Under the pieces are notes generated by a model, which saw only the letters and a list, made by a program, of their open reading frames with translations, did not search any database and was not told the DNA's origin. A stretch of DNA of 64,000 nucleotides from Macrostomum lignano (taxonomy: Eukaryota), in assembly GCA_002269645.1 (NCBI GenBank), contig NIVC01000928.1, positions 124,001 to 188,000 of the forward strand, given 5' to 3'. Positions 34,202-48,449 of this stretch are shown piece by piece (the first letter of the stretch is position 1; each line of letters begins with the position of its first letter). The position numbers and the translations under genes were made by a program.

Positions 34202-37200
34202 ATGCAGCCACTGGTTCGGCTGACTGCCATTGGCGCACTGTTGGCAGTCTGTCTGGCTGTCACCTGCATCGGCAGCCCTGCTGGCACGATTGATGAAGAT
34301 GCCTATGCAGCTGAGGATAATTATGCCCGTGACCTGGAGGATCTGGACGAGGACAAACGGAGTTTAGCGTTCAAAGACAACGCTGACTATGGGCGAAAGC
34401 CTGAGCTGCAGTCTGGAGAGGAGGTGAGATGCACGTTTAATTATAGTTTAACTAAATTTATATTGTTGATGTCAAGGCATCTGAGCTCGTCCGTCAGAAT
34501 GAGTCCACAGACCCTCATCTGAGTCTGTCAGAATGAGTCCATAGACACTGATCCGAGTCTGTCAGAATGAGTCCATAGACACTCATCTGAGTCTGTCAGA
34601 ATGAGCCCATAGACACTGATCTGAGTAATGTCAGAATGAGTCCATAGGCACTGATCTGAGTCTGTCAGAATGAGCCCATAGACACTGGACTGAGTAATGT
34701 CAGAATGAGTCCATAGACACTGGACTGAGTCTGTCAGAATGAGTCCATAGACACTGGACTGAGTCTGTCAGAATGAGTCCATAGGCACTGATCTGAGTCT
34801 GTCAGAATGAGCCCATAGACACTGGACTGAGTAATGTCAGAATGAGTCCATAGACACTGGACTGAGTCTGTCAGAATGAGTCCATAGACACTGGACTGAG
34901 TCTGTCAGAATGAGTCCATAGACACTGATCTGAGTCTGTCAGAATGAGTCCATAGACACTGATCCGAGTCTGTCAGAATGAGTCCATAGACACTCATCTG
35001 AGTCTGTCAGAATGAGTCCATAGGCACTGATCCGAGTCTGTCAGAATGAGTCCATAGACACTCATCTGAGTCTGTCAGAATGAGTCCATAGACACTCATC
35101 TGAGTCTGTCAGAATGAGTCCATAGGCACTGATCCGAGTCTGTCAGAGTGAGTCCATAGACACTCATCTGAGTCTGTCAGAATGAGCCCATAGACACTGA
35201 TCTGAGTAATGTCAGAATGAGTCCATAGGCACTGATCTGAGTCTGTCAGAATGAGCCCATAGACACTGGACTGAGTAATGTCAGAATGAGTCCATAGACA
35301 CTGGACTGAGTCTGTCAGAATGAGTCCATAGACACTGGACTGAGTCTGTCAGAATGAGTCCATAGACACTGATCTGAGTCTGTCAGAATGAGTCCATAGA
35401 CACTGATCCGAGTCTGTCAGAATGAGTCCATAGACACTCATCTGAGTCTGTCAGAATGAGTCCATAGGCACTGATCCGAGTCTGTCAGAATGAGTCCATA
35501 GACACTCATCTGAGTCTGTCAGAATGAGTCCATAGACACTCATCTGAGTCTGTCAGAATGAGTCCATAGGCACTGATCCGAGTCTGTCAGAGTGAGTCCA
35601 TAGACACTCATCTGAGTCTGTCAGAATGAGTCCATAGGCACTGATCCGAGTCTGTCAGAATGAGTCCATAGACACTGATCTGAGTCTGTCAGAATGAGTC
35701 CATAGACACTCATCTGAGTCTGTCAGAATGAGTCCATAGACACTGATCTGAGTCTGTCAGAATGAGTCCATAGACACTGATCTGAGTCTGTCAGAATGAG
35801 TCCATAGACACTCATCTGAGTCTGTCAGGATGAGTCCATAGGCACTGATCTGAGTAATGTCAGAATGAGTCCATAGGCACTGATCTGAGTCTGTCAGAAT
35901 GAGCCCATAGACACTGGACTGAGTAATGTCAGAATGAGTCCATAGACACTGGACTGAGTCTGTCAGAATGAGTCCATAGACACTGGACTGAGTCTGTCAG
36001 AATGAGTCCATAGACACTGATCTGAGTCTGTCAGAATGAGCCCATAGACACTGGACTGAGTAATGTCAGAATGAGTCCATAGACACTGATCCGAGTCTGT
36101 CAGAATGAGTCCATAGACACTGGACTGAGTCTGTCAGAATGAGTCCATAGACACTGGACTGAGTCTGTCAGAATGAGTCCATAGACACTGGACTGAGTCT
36201 GTCAGAATGAGTCCATAGACACTGGACTGAGTCTGTCAGAATGAGCCCATAGACACTGATCTGAGTAATGTCAGAATGAGCCCATAGGCACTGATCTGAG
36301 TCTGTCAGGATGAGTCCATAGGCACTGATCTGAGTAATGTCAGAATGAGTCCATAGACACTGATCTGAGTCTGTCAGAATGAGTCCATAGACACTCATCT
36401 GAGTAATGTCAGAATGAGTCCATAGACACTGATCTGAGTCTGTCAGAATGAGTCCATAGGCACTGATCTGAGTCTGTCAGAATGAGCCCATAGGCACTGA
36501 TCCGAGTCTGTCAGAATGAGTCCATAGACACTGATCTGAGTCTGTCAGAATGAGTCCATAGACACTGATCCGAGTCTGTCAGAATGAGTCCATAGGCACT
36601 GATCCGAGTCTGTCAGAATGAGTCCATAGGCACTGATCTGAGTCTGTCAGAATGAGCCCATAGACACTCATCTGAGTCTGTCAGAATGAGCCTATAGACA
36701 CTGATCCGAGTCTGTCAGAATGAGTCCATAGACACTGATCTGAGTCTGTCAGAATGAGTCCATAGACACTGATCCGAGTCTGTCAGAATGAGTCCATAGA
36801 CACTCATCTGAGTCTGTCAGAATGAGCCCATAGACACTCATCTGAGTCTGTCAGAATGAGTCCATAGACACTGATCTGAGTCTGTCAGAATGAGTCCATA
36901 GACACTGATCTGAGTCTGTCAGAATGAGCCCATAGACACTCATCTGAGTCTGTCAGAATGAGTCCATAGACACTGATCCGAGTCTGTCAGAATGAGTCCA
37001 TAGACACTGATCTGAGTAATGTCAGAATGAGTCCATAGACACTGGACTGAGTCTGTCAGAATGAGTCCATAGACACTGGACTGAGTCTGTCAGAATGAGT
37101 CCATAGACACTGATCCGAGTCTGTCAGAATGAGTCCATAGACACTGATCCGAGTCTGTCAGAATGAGTCCATAGACACTGATCTGAGTCTGTCAGAATGA

Positions 37201-40200
37201 GTCCAAAGACACTGGACTGAGTCTGTCAGAATGAGTCCATAGACACTGGACTGAGTCTGTCAGAATGAGTCCATAGACACTGGACTGAGTCTGTCAGAAT
37301 GAGTCCATAGACACTGATCCGAGTCTGTCAGAATGAGTCCATAGACACTCATCTGAGTCTGTCAGAATGAGCCATAGACACTGATCTGAGTAATGTCAGA
37401 ATGAGTCCATAGGCACTGATCTGAGTCTGTCAGAATGAGCCCATAGACACTGGACTGAGTAATGTCAGAATGAGTCCATAGACACTGGACTGAGTCTGTC
37501 AGAATGAGTCCATAGACACTGGACTGAGTCTGTCAGAATGAGTCCATAGACACTGATCTGAGTCTGTCAGAATGAGTCCATAGACACTGATCCGAGTCTG
37601 TCAGAATGAGTCCATAGACACTCATCTGAGTCTGTCAGAATGAGTCCATAGGCACTGATCCGAGTCTGTCAGAATGAGTCCATAGACACTCATCTGAGTC
37701 TGTCAGAATGAGTCCATAGACACTCATCTGAGTCTGTCAGAATGAGTCCATAGGCACTGATCCGAGTCTGTCAGAGTGAGTCCATAGACACTGATCTGAG
37801 TAATGTCAGAATGAGTCCATAGGCACTGATCTGAGTCTGTCAGAATGAGCCCATAGACACTGGACTGAGTAATGTCAGAATGAGTCCATAGACACTGGAC
37901 TGAGTCTGTCAGAATGAGTCCATAGACACTGGACTGAGTCTGTCAGAATGAGTCCATAGACACTGATCTGAGTCTGTCAGAATGAGTCCATAGACACTGA
38001 TCCGAGTCTGTCAGAATGAGTCCATAGACACTCATCTGAGTCTGTCAGAATGAGTCCATAGGCACTGATCCGAGTCTGTCAGAATGAGTCCATAGACACT
38101 CATCTGAGTCTGTCAGAATGAGTCCATAGACACTCATCTGAGTCTGTCAGAATGAGTCCATAGGCACTGATCCGAGTCTGTCAGAGTGAGTCCATAGACA
38201 CTCATCTGAGTCTGTCAGAATGAGTCCATAGGCACTGATCCGAGTCTGTCAGAATGAGTCCATAGACACTGATCTGAGTCTGTCAGAATGAGTCCATAGA
38301 CACTCATCTGAGTCTGTCAGAATGAGTCCATAGACACTGATCTGAGTCTGTCAGAATGAGTCCATAGACACTGATCTGAGTCTGTCAGAATGAGTCCATA
38401 GACACTCATCTGAGTCTGTCAGGATGAGTCCATAGGCACTGATCTGAGTAATGTCAGAATGAGTCCATAGGCACTGATCTGAGTCTGTCAGAATGAGCCC
38501 ATAGACACTGGACTGAGTAATGTCAGAATGAGTCCATAGACACTCATCTGAGTCTGTCAGAATGAGTCCATAGACACTGGACTGAGTCTGTCAGAATGAG
38601 TCCATAGACACTGGACTGAGTCTGTCAGAATGAGCCCATAGACACTGGACTGAGTAATGTCAGAATGAGTCCATAGACACTGATCCGAGTCTGTCAGAAT
38701 GAGTCCATAGACACTCATCTGAGTCTGTCAGAATGAGTCCATAGGCACTGATCCGAGTCTGTCAGAATGAGTCCATAGACACTCATCTGAGTCTGTCAGA
38801 ATGAGTCCATAGACACTCATCTGAGTCTGTCAGAATGAGTCCATAGGCACTGATCCGAGTCTGTCAGAGTGAGTCCATAGACACTCATCTGAGTCTGTCA
38901 GAATGAGCCCATAGACACTGATCTGAGTAATGTCAGAATGAGTCCATAGGCACTGATCTGAGTCTGTCAGAATGAGCCCATAGACACTGGACTGAGTAAT
39001 GTCAGAATGAGTCCATAGACACTGGACTGAGTCTGTCAGAATGAGTCCATAGACACTGGACTGAGTCTGTCAGAATGAGTCCATAGACACTGATCTGAGT
39101 CTGTCAGAATGAGTCCATAGACACTGATCCGAGTCTGTCAGAATGAGTCCATAGACACTCATCTGAGTCTGTCAGAATGAGTCCATAGGCACTGATCCGA
39201 GTCTGTCAGAATGAGTCCATAGACACTCATCTGAGTCTGTCAGAATGAGTCCATAGACACTCATCTGAGTCTGTCAGAATGAGTCCATAGGCACTGATCC
39301 GAGTCTGTCAGAGTGAGTCCATAGACACTCATCTGAGTCTGTCAGAATGAGTCCATAGGCACTGATCCGAGTCTGTCAGAATGAGTCCATAGACACTCAT
39401 CTGAGTCTGTCAGAATGAGTCCATAGACACTGATCTGAGTCTGTCAGAATGAGTCCATAGACACTGATCTGAGTCTGTCAGAATGAGTCCATAGACACTC
39501 ATCTGAGTCTGTCAGATGAGTCCATAGGCACTGATCTGAGTAATGTCAGAATGAGTCCATAGGCACTGATCTGAGTCTGTCAGAATGAGCCATAGACACT
39601 GGACTGAGTAATGTCAGAATGAGTCCATAGACACTGGACTGAGTCTGTCAGAATGAGTCCATAGACACTGGACTGAGTCTGTCAGAATGAGTCCATAGAC
39701 ACTGATCTGAGTCTGTCAGAATGAGCCATAGACACTGGACTGAGTAATGTCAGAATGAGTCCATAGACACTGATCGAGTCTGTCAGAATGAGTCCATAGA
39801 CACTGGACTGAGTCTGTCAGAATGAGTCCATAGACACTGGACTGAGTCTGTCAGAATGAGTCCATAGACACTGGACTGAGTCTGTCAGAATGAGTCCATA
39901 GACACTGGACTGAGTCTGTCAGAATGAGCCCATAGACACTGATCTGAGTAATGTCAGAATGAGCCCATAGGCACTGATCTGAGTCTGTCAGATGAGTCCA
40001 TAGGCACTGATCTGAGTAATGTCAGAATGAGTCCATAGACACTCATCTGAGTCTGTCAGAATGAGTCCATAGACACTCATCTGAGTAATGTCAGAATGAG
40101 TCCATAGACACTGATCTGAGTCTGTCAGAATGAGTCCATAGGCACTGATCTGAGTCTGTCAGAATGAGCCCATAGGCACTGATCCGAGTCTGTCAGAATG

Positions 40201-43200
40201 AGTCCATAGACACTGATCTGAGTCTGTCAGAATGAGTCCATAGACACTGATCCGAGTCTGTCAGAATGAGTCCATAGGCACTGATCCGAGTCTGTCAGAA
40301 TGAGTCCATAGGCACTGATCTGAGTCTGTCAGAATGAGCCCATAGACACTCATCTGAGTCTGTCAGAATGAGCCTATAGACACTGATCCGAGTCTGTCAG
40401 AATGAGTCCATAGACACTGATCTGAGTCTGTCAGAATGAGCCCATAGACACTGATCTGAGTCTGTCAGAATGAGTCCATAGACACTCATCTGAGTCTGTC
40501 AGAATGAGCCCATAGACACTCATCTGAGTCTGTCAGAATGAGTCCATAGACACTGATCTGAGTCTGTCAGAATGAGTCCATAGACACTGATCTGAGTCTG
40601 TCAGAATGAGCCATAGACACTCATCTGAGTCTGTCAGAATGAGTCCATAGACACTGATCCGAGTCTGTCAGAATGAGTCCATAGACACTGATCTGAGTAA
40701 TGTCAGAATGAGTCCATAGACACTGGACTGAGTCTGTCAGAATGAGTCCATAGACACTGGACTGAGTCTGTCAGAATGAGTCCATAGACACTGATCCGAG
40801 TCTGTCAGAATGAGTCCATAGACACTGATCCGAGTCTGTCAGAATGAGTCCATAGACACTGATCTGAGTCTGTCAGAATGAGTCCAAAGACACTGGACTG
40901 AGTCTGTCAGAATGAGTCCATAGACACTGGACTGAGTCTGTCAGAATGAGTCCATAGACACTGGACTGAGTCTGTCAGAATGAGTCCATAGACACTGATC
41001 CGAGTCTGTCAGAATGAGTCCATAGACACTCATCTGAGTCTGTCAGAATGAGCCCATAGACACTGATCTGAGTAATGTCAGAATGAGTCCATAGGCACTG
41101 ATCTGAGTCTGTCAGAATGAGCCCATAGACACTGGACTGAGTAATGTCAGAATGAGTCCATAGACACTGGACTGAGTCTGTCAGAATGAGTCCATAGACA
41201 CTGGACTGAGTCTGTCAGAATGAGTCCATAGACACTGATCTGAGTCTGTCAGAATGAGTCCATAGACACTGATCCGAGTCTGTCAGAATGAGTCCATAGA
41301 CACTCATCTGAGTCTGTCAGAATGAGTCCATAGGCACTGATCCGAGTCTGTCAGAATGAGTCCATAGACACTCATCTGAGTCTGTCAGAATGAGTCCATA
41401 GACACTCATCTGAGTCTCTCAGAATGAGTCCATAGGCACTGATCCGAGTCTGTCAGAGTGAGTCCATAGACACTGATCTGAGTAATGTCAGAATGAGTCC
41501 ATAGGCACTGATCTGAGTCTGTCAGAATGAGCCCATAGACACTGGACTGAGTAATGTCAGAATGAGTCCATAGACACTGGACTGAGTCTGTCAGAATGAG
41601 TCCATAGACACTGGACTGAGTCTGTCAGAATGAGTCCATAGACACTGATCTGAGTCTGTCAGAATGAGTCCATAGACACTGATCCGAGTCTGTCAGAATG
41701 AGTCCATAGACACTCATCTGAGTCTGTCAGAATGAGTCCATAGGCACTGATCCGAGTCTGTCAGAATGAGTCCATAGACACTCATCTGAGTCTGTCAGAA
41801 TGAGTCCATAGACACTCATCTGAGTCTGTCAGAATGAGTCCATAGGCACTGATCCGAGTCTGTCAGAGTGAGTCCATAGACACTCATCTGAGTCTGTCAG
41901 AATGAGTCCATAGGCACTGATCCGAGTCTGTCAGAATGAGTCCATAGACACTGATCTGAGTCTGTCAGAATGAGTCCATAGACACTCATCTGAGTCTGTC
42001 AGAATGAGTCCATAGACACTGATCTGAGTCTGTCAGAATGAGTCCATAGACACTGATCTGAGTCTGTCAGAATGAGTCCATAGACACTCATCTGAGTCTG
42101 TCAGGATGAGTCCATAGGCACTGATCTGAGTAATGTCAGAATGAGTCCATAGGCACTGATCTGAGTCTGTCAGAATGAGCCCATAGACACTGGACTGAGT
42201 AATGTCAGAATGAGTCCATAGACACTCATCTGAGTCTGTCAGAATGAGTCCATAGACACTGGACTGAGTCTGTCAGAATGAGTCCATAGACACTGGACTG
42301 AGTCTGTCAGAATGAGCCCATAGACACTGGACTGAGTAATGTCAGAATGAGTCCATAGACACTGATCCGAGTCTGTCAGAATGAGTCCATAGACACTGGA
42401 CTGAGTCTGTCAGAATGAGTCCATAGACACTGGACTGAGTCTGTCAGAATGAGTCCATAGACACTGGACTGAGTCTGTCAGAATGAGTCCATAGACACTG
42501 GACTGAGTCTGTCAGAATGAGCCCATAGACACTGATCTGAGTAATGTCAGAATGAGCCCATAGGCACTGATCTGAGTCTGTCAGAATGAGCCCATAGACA
42601 CTGGACTGAGTAATGTCAGAATGAGTCCATAGACACTGATCTGAGTCTGTCAGAATGAGTCCATAGACACTCATCTGAGTAATGTCAGAATGAGTCCATA
42701 GACACTGATCTGAGTCTGTCAGAATGAGTCCATAGGCACTGATCTGAGTCTGTCAGAATGAGCCCATAGGCACTGATCCGAGTCTGTCAGAATGAGTCCA
42801 TAGACACTGATCTGAGTCTGTCAGAATGAGTCCATAGACACTGATCCGAGTCTGTCAGAATGAGTCCATAGGCACTGATCCGAGTCTGTCAGAATGAGTC
42901 CATAGGCACTGATCTGAGTCTGTCAGAATGAGCCCATAGACACTCATCTGAGTCTGTCAGAATGAGCCCATAGACACTGATCCGAGTCTGTCAGAATGAG
43001 TCCATAGACACTGATCTGAGTCTGTCAGAATGAGCCCATAGACACTGATCTGAGTCTGTCAGAATGAGTCCATAGACACTGATCTGAGTCTGTCAGAATG
43101 AGTCCATAGACACTCATCTGAGTCTGTCAGAATGAGTCCATAGACACTGATCTGAGTCTGTCAGAATGAGTCCATAGACACTCATCTGAGTCTGTCAGAA

Positions 43201-43744
43201 TGAGCCCATAGACACTCATCTGAGTCTGTCAGAATGAGTCCATAGACACTGATCCGAGTCTGTCAGAATGAGTCCATAGACACTGATCTGAGTAATGTCA
43301 GAATGAGTCCATAGACACTGGACTGAGTCTGTCAGAATGAGTCCATAGACACTGGACTGAGTCTGTCAGAATGAGTCCATAGACACTGACTGAGTCTGTC
43401 AGAATGAGTCCATAGACACTGATCTGAGTCTGTCAGAATGAGTCCAAAGACACTGATCTGAGTCTGTCAGAATGAGTCCATAGGCACTGATCTGAGTCTG
43501 TCAGAATGAGCCCATAGGCACTGATCTGAGTAATGTCAGAATGAGTCCATAGGCACTGATCTGAGTCTGTCAGGATGAGTCCATAGCACACTGATTTCAA
43601 TACTTGCAAAGTAGTTTTGTTCATATATTTATGTTTCAAACATTTAAAATTTTACAGCCAATTCAAAAGTCTCCATCTGCCAAGTGGTTCATCAGACACC
43701 ACATCTCTTCTCGAGCTTCGCGGCGCGGTGGCTGGGGTCGTTAA
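34202..43744 (+). CDS. Candidate neuropeptide/prohormone precursor, 102 aa; exons 34202-34423 and 43658-43744
   Basis: Signal-peptide-like N-terminus (LTAIGALLAVCLAVTCIG), acidic spacer and KR-SLAFKDNADY-G-RK. Phase-0 donor GAG/GTGAGA at 34424 and acceptor TTTACAG at 43657 give PIQKSPSAKWFIRHHISSRASRRGGW-GR-stop. Confidence 0.68.
34478..43595. repeat. 34-bp satellite array (~268 copies, ~9.1 kb)
   Basis: (GTCTGTCAGAATGAGTCCATAGACACTGATCTGA)n with recurring variant units. Confidence 0.98.
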
Positions 43745-44134
43745 AAATACTGAATCTTTCCCATTATGTATGCATGTACACGTATGTGCGTCGTAAAGGT
43801 GCCCATTAAGACGATCAGGAACTTTGAAAACTTTGGACTTACATGCATATATCTCACAGGAAACGTGCATGTCATGTAGACGAACATTTATATGCACTGT
43901 TGTTTTAGTAGCGAGCCATCTGCTATTACCTGATCTCACCTATAATCGTGTTATCCTCCTTAATCTTAACTGCAACGAAAACTATATCAATTGTTGTTAA
44001 AGTGTTTTGTCACCTTCGAGGATTAAAACTGCTGGTCTGTCGTTTTTACTATTGTATGAAAGAAACTTAATAATCGGACTTTTGCTTGGATTTCCTTTCA
44101 AAACCATGCAGTCTTTCGTTGTTTCTCACTCACT

Positions 44135-44438
<304 letters not shown>

Positions 44439-45659
44439 GACATTTTTTTAAATATATATAGTATGATACTTTGATCGAGAAATACAAGTTTCTCTCGCGG
44501 TGTCGCGTTTAATTACTAGAAAAGACAGAAAGGCACAGACAGACAGACAGACATGTAAAAGATACATGTACATCTTGTAATAAATGTAGCAATTAAGTAA
44601 TGCAATGAGTATTAGGACTAAAACAATTCCCTGAGATTTGTTGCTCATACTTGCGGCTAACATGCAACTAACTTCAAATTCGGGAACTTGGAATGACAAA
44701 CTTTGCAATCTAAATGATACGGAGGATGTTCCCAGTCTTCAATTATTGTTCTTGAAAAAAATTATGGACATATGTTCGGTCTTTTCTTTCAAGCTGTCGT
44801 ACAATATTTGCCATTAAAAATAAAAGTCTAAGGCCTACAGAAATGTGACCACATTGTCATAAATTGTCGACTTATCGTTGATCGATCGTTATATCACAAG
44901 TTGTATTTTTGCAACAATTTAAAAACCCACTTTTCTCATTTAAAAACCCAATTTAAAAAAACCCATTATTTGACACTGTACGAATGTTTAAATGTCATTA
45001 CTTACTTAGATTAGGCCTTATTCTCATAAGCACTGCAATTTGTTACTTAATTCGCATGACCTAGAATAAGTTTTGACGTGTTGGATTTTATTTTATTATA
45101 TTGTAGCTAAGACTAGCCGACTCGGCCCTAGGCTTGGCTATGTTTGCTGATTTCTAGCTATGCTGCCATGGACATGGTATATTGTTGGGCTTATGGGCTT
45201 AGGGGCTTAGGTTCAGGGCCGATGTGACGATGTCTTTTCGCCGATGTGACCTGCACCCAGGGCTATCTAACTGATTTGTCTAGGCCTATGCCATTGCTGC
45301 AGCACTTGGTTTTCTAATTTTTAGTCAGGTGTAATACTAATTAGACCTAGGCCCTATTTATTTATCCAATTTATTTAGGGTCAACTTTTCTCTTGTCTTA
45401 TAAGTTATTACATGCCTAGCCAAAAACTGATTATGCATCGTTGTCTAAGTTTAAAAGTTTTTTATTTAAAACAAATTTAAAAGTATTTTTATTTTGTTAG
45501 GCCCACCCTAAATCAATTGTTTCTTTTTATTATAGCCTAGTTAGGGGCTAGGGCCTTTAATGTCTTGGCTAGACCCTAGCTTCCTAGACACTGTCATCTT
45601 ATATTTTTGTAGACCTAATCTACTTTGAAGTAGATCTTGCCAATTTGGCTTAGATAAAA

Positions 45660-46053
45660 CGAAGAGCTTGCGTGCACGGCAGCCGTTCACGTAAGCTCAG
45701 AATTGCGTGCACGGCGGCTATCTACCTAGTGCTTTATTTGCATGTATACAGCCGTACACCTAGTGTTGTAATTGCGTGCACGGCAGCCGGCAATTGGCCG
45801 GGACTGGGGCCCTTAAATCCATGCATTGGCATTGGCAAACCTAATTAAAAAATATTTTTACTATATTGTTTTATAATGTTTTATCCCCCGTACACCATGG
45901 ACTGCAAATGTAATCTTAATTCATTGTTTTTTTGTTAACTTGAATATTAATTTGAATAGTATATGACTTACTGTATAAGCCTATAAGATATAGCTCTGCT
46001 GTGCACGCAATTCTAAGCTTACGTGAACGGCGGCCGTGCACGCAAGCTCTTCG
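45660..46053. mobile_element. Mutator(MULE)-like MITE
   Basis: ~53-bp TIRs (CGAAGAGCTTGCGTGCACGGCAGCCGTTCACGTAAGCTCAGAATTGCGTGCAC versus the reverse complement at 46001-46053, few mismatches) and exact 9-bp TSD TAGATAAAA (45651-45659, 46054-46062). Confidence 0.88.
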
Positions 46054-46710
46054 TAGATAAAAAGCATAGGGGGGGGGGCCTAAAAATCTAAAATATACAT
46101 TTAGGATTTGTTCTTAAATTTAGGTAAAATGCCCAGGCCTAGCCTATGATAGGGCCTAGTATATATCTACACAGAAAAATTCTGGTATACAGAGGGACTT
46201 AGAGTATACTATTGGTATACAAATTGGTATATAAAGGAGACTGGCATGCCTTCTTGCTCTTAGTAGGCCTAAATAGCTTAGCATATAAAGATTACCAAAA
46301 TAGCAAATAAGACCAACATTCTGAATCCTAATCAAACTATATAGCTAGCTTACAAAAATGAGTAAGTTTCTATTTTTTATAGTCTTCATATATATAGAAT
46401 AGCTAAATTAAATTTTGTTATAAAGAATAGTTTTTAGCATTCTTAAAAAACAAAATTTAAAAAATCTTTAACTTTTTCTAGGAAATAAAAATAAACAAAA
46501 CTGGGCCCTATTTAAAATAAACTAGTTCTTTATGGTTAAGTAAAAGGTCTATTAGTTTTTACTAATCATTTTTTCAATATTAACATTTTGCAAGTCATTA
46601 AATATTGGTTGTAGTTAGTTTTTTGGCATACTTTTATATATAATAAGTCTGCTGATATACATCCCTATAGGAAAAAGTTGTAAAACTGTGGATGGTATCC
46701 GGTAGCAATG

Positions 46711-46987
46711 GCTAGAGTCCTGGCATCAGAACCCATTTTCAAAAGGCTATGGATCCAGCAATAATATTCTAGTAGTGCAATTTATGGGTATAATATAATA
46801 GAAACATTTTAATTTTTAATGGGTAGTTGATATTAAGATTTTGTTCAAGATAAGATTGAAACAAAATGTTGAAATTCAAAATAGGATATTTCTAATGTTC
46901 AAAGAATTAATTATTTGATAACTGACTACAGAATATTGCTAGATCCATAGCCATTAGAAAACAGGTTCCAGTGCCAGAACTCTAGCC
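46711..46987. mobile_element. Old MITE-like element (diverged inverted repeats)
   Basis: ~70-bp imperfect inverted repeats (GGCTAGAGTCCTGGC...GGCTATGGATCCAGCAATA at 46711-46785 versus 46918-46987). No TSD identified. Confidence 0.55.
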
Positions 46988-48449
46988 TTTATTAAAATTT
47001 AAGTGTCTAAGAGTTGCTGAAAAAGTAATTTCTGCTATATATACATGTATTTTGTTTTGCATAAGCAGTAAATCAAAGGTTAAAAAGTGAGTTTTAGTCA
47101 TACAAAACTTTGTTTTTCTGAATTCCAATTTTGGAAAATTTCAATTTTGATTTTGATTTCAATAGAAAATGCAATGCTCTTTTGGAACATCTATAATAAT
47201 GCTATAGTGCAATAAAATAATTCGACTCTATTCTAGAGCGCGCATCTGCAGGTTTTCAACATTTATTCCAATAGGGGTATACATTGGCATATATGAGCTA
47301 GGAAAACAATTTTCATTCAGTGGTACATAGGTATACAATCCTGAGCTTGGGCCACAGCAAATGATAAGAAATATCATTCTCAGATAGTATTTTCTGATTA
47401 ATTATGAAAGTGTGAGTGCTAGATAAATATTCTTTGTTTCTATGATTAGCAAAGACCTCTATATTATACAACTAGGCCTATTGTAGTTTCAATTTATAAA
47501 TGCTATTGCATGTAAGTATAAATAAAAACTGAGGCTAAACTATCAGACTTCAAAGCTATTCAATATAATGTTTCCTCTTTTCTCATTCTAGACTTGAGAC
47601 CAGACAATTGTAGAGTTATTGGGTGAAACAGAAACTTCTTTCAGTTTGTAAAGATAAGACTATAAAATTTCTGGAAGCCATATATTTAGAGGTATAAAAA
47701 AAGGCCATTGACTAATGTAGATAGTAGAGCAACCCAAGTTTAAATCTTAGCTATAGTGCTACAGTACTAATATATATACTTCAAGTACTTAATTTCATAG
47801 AAGGCTTCAAAAACTGTAAGAACTTCCCATTTTACCCAATATGAATGTAAAAACATTTGCATTGGTAAAATGTGTCATATAAGTCATATATGTCATATAG
47901 TATGATATAAAATGCAATTTAAAAGAAAAATGCAAAGATTTGCTTTGCATTTGCATTTCTAAAATAAATTGGACATGCACTCACACCTATATATAAATAT
48001 ATATATAGCCACCTTACTTGCTGTTTTGCCCAAATTCAGGCATGGAATGTCCCAGGTGCTGATGCCCTTTTGGCCACAGATGTGCCGCATATCCCTTTCT
48101 GCATATGCAAGTGCTGCACAAAGTAACTTAACCTTTTGAGTGGTGCACCATTGTGGTCTTGGTCCTCTGGTAACACTGGTTGATTAGTCATCCTGGTAAA
48201 AGAAAACACTTGAGGTTCTTAGAGAATGGAGCTAACTAAGTAAATTTTCACATGCATAACTTCTTAAACTTCACTGATTATGTAACTTAGTTTGACAAGT
48301 AATGCAACAAGTTGCTTTGGCGCCATCCTCAAGTTAAACAGTGCCTGCGGAAAATAACTATTATTTCTGTTTATTAAGTATTGCATCGAATGAACCAAAA
48401 CTCTTCAGAGCTGCAGTCAGTCTCAGCAGATTGATAGCTCTCTTACCTC

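Noticed and set aside
34478-43595. CRISPR-like appearance of the 34-bp array (and other 20-47-bp arrays)
   Set aside because: Units are head-to-tail with no unique spacers, there are no cas genes, and the context is eukaryotic.
48010-48195. Minus-strand open stretch (PQWCTTQKVKLLCAALAYAERDMRHICG) ending at a GTAAG donor
   Set aside because: It could be a transposon-derived exon remnant, but there is no in-frame acceptor or partner exon and I recognise no motif.
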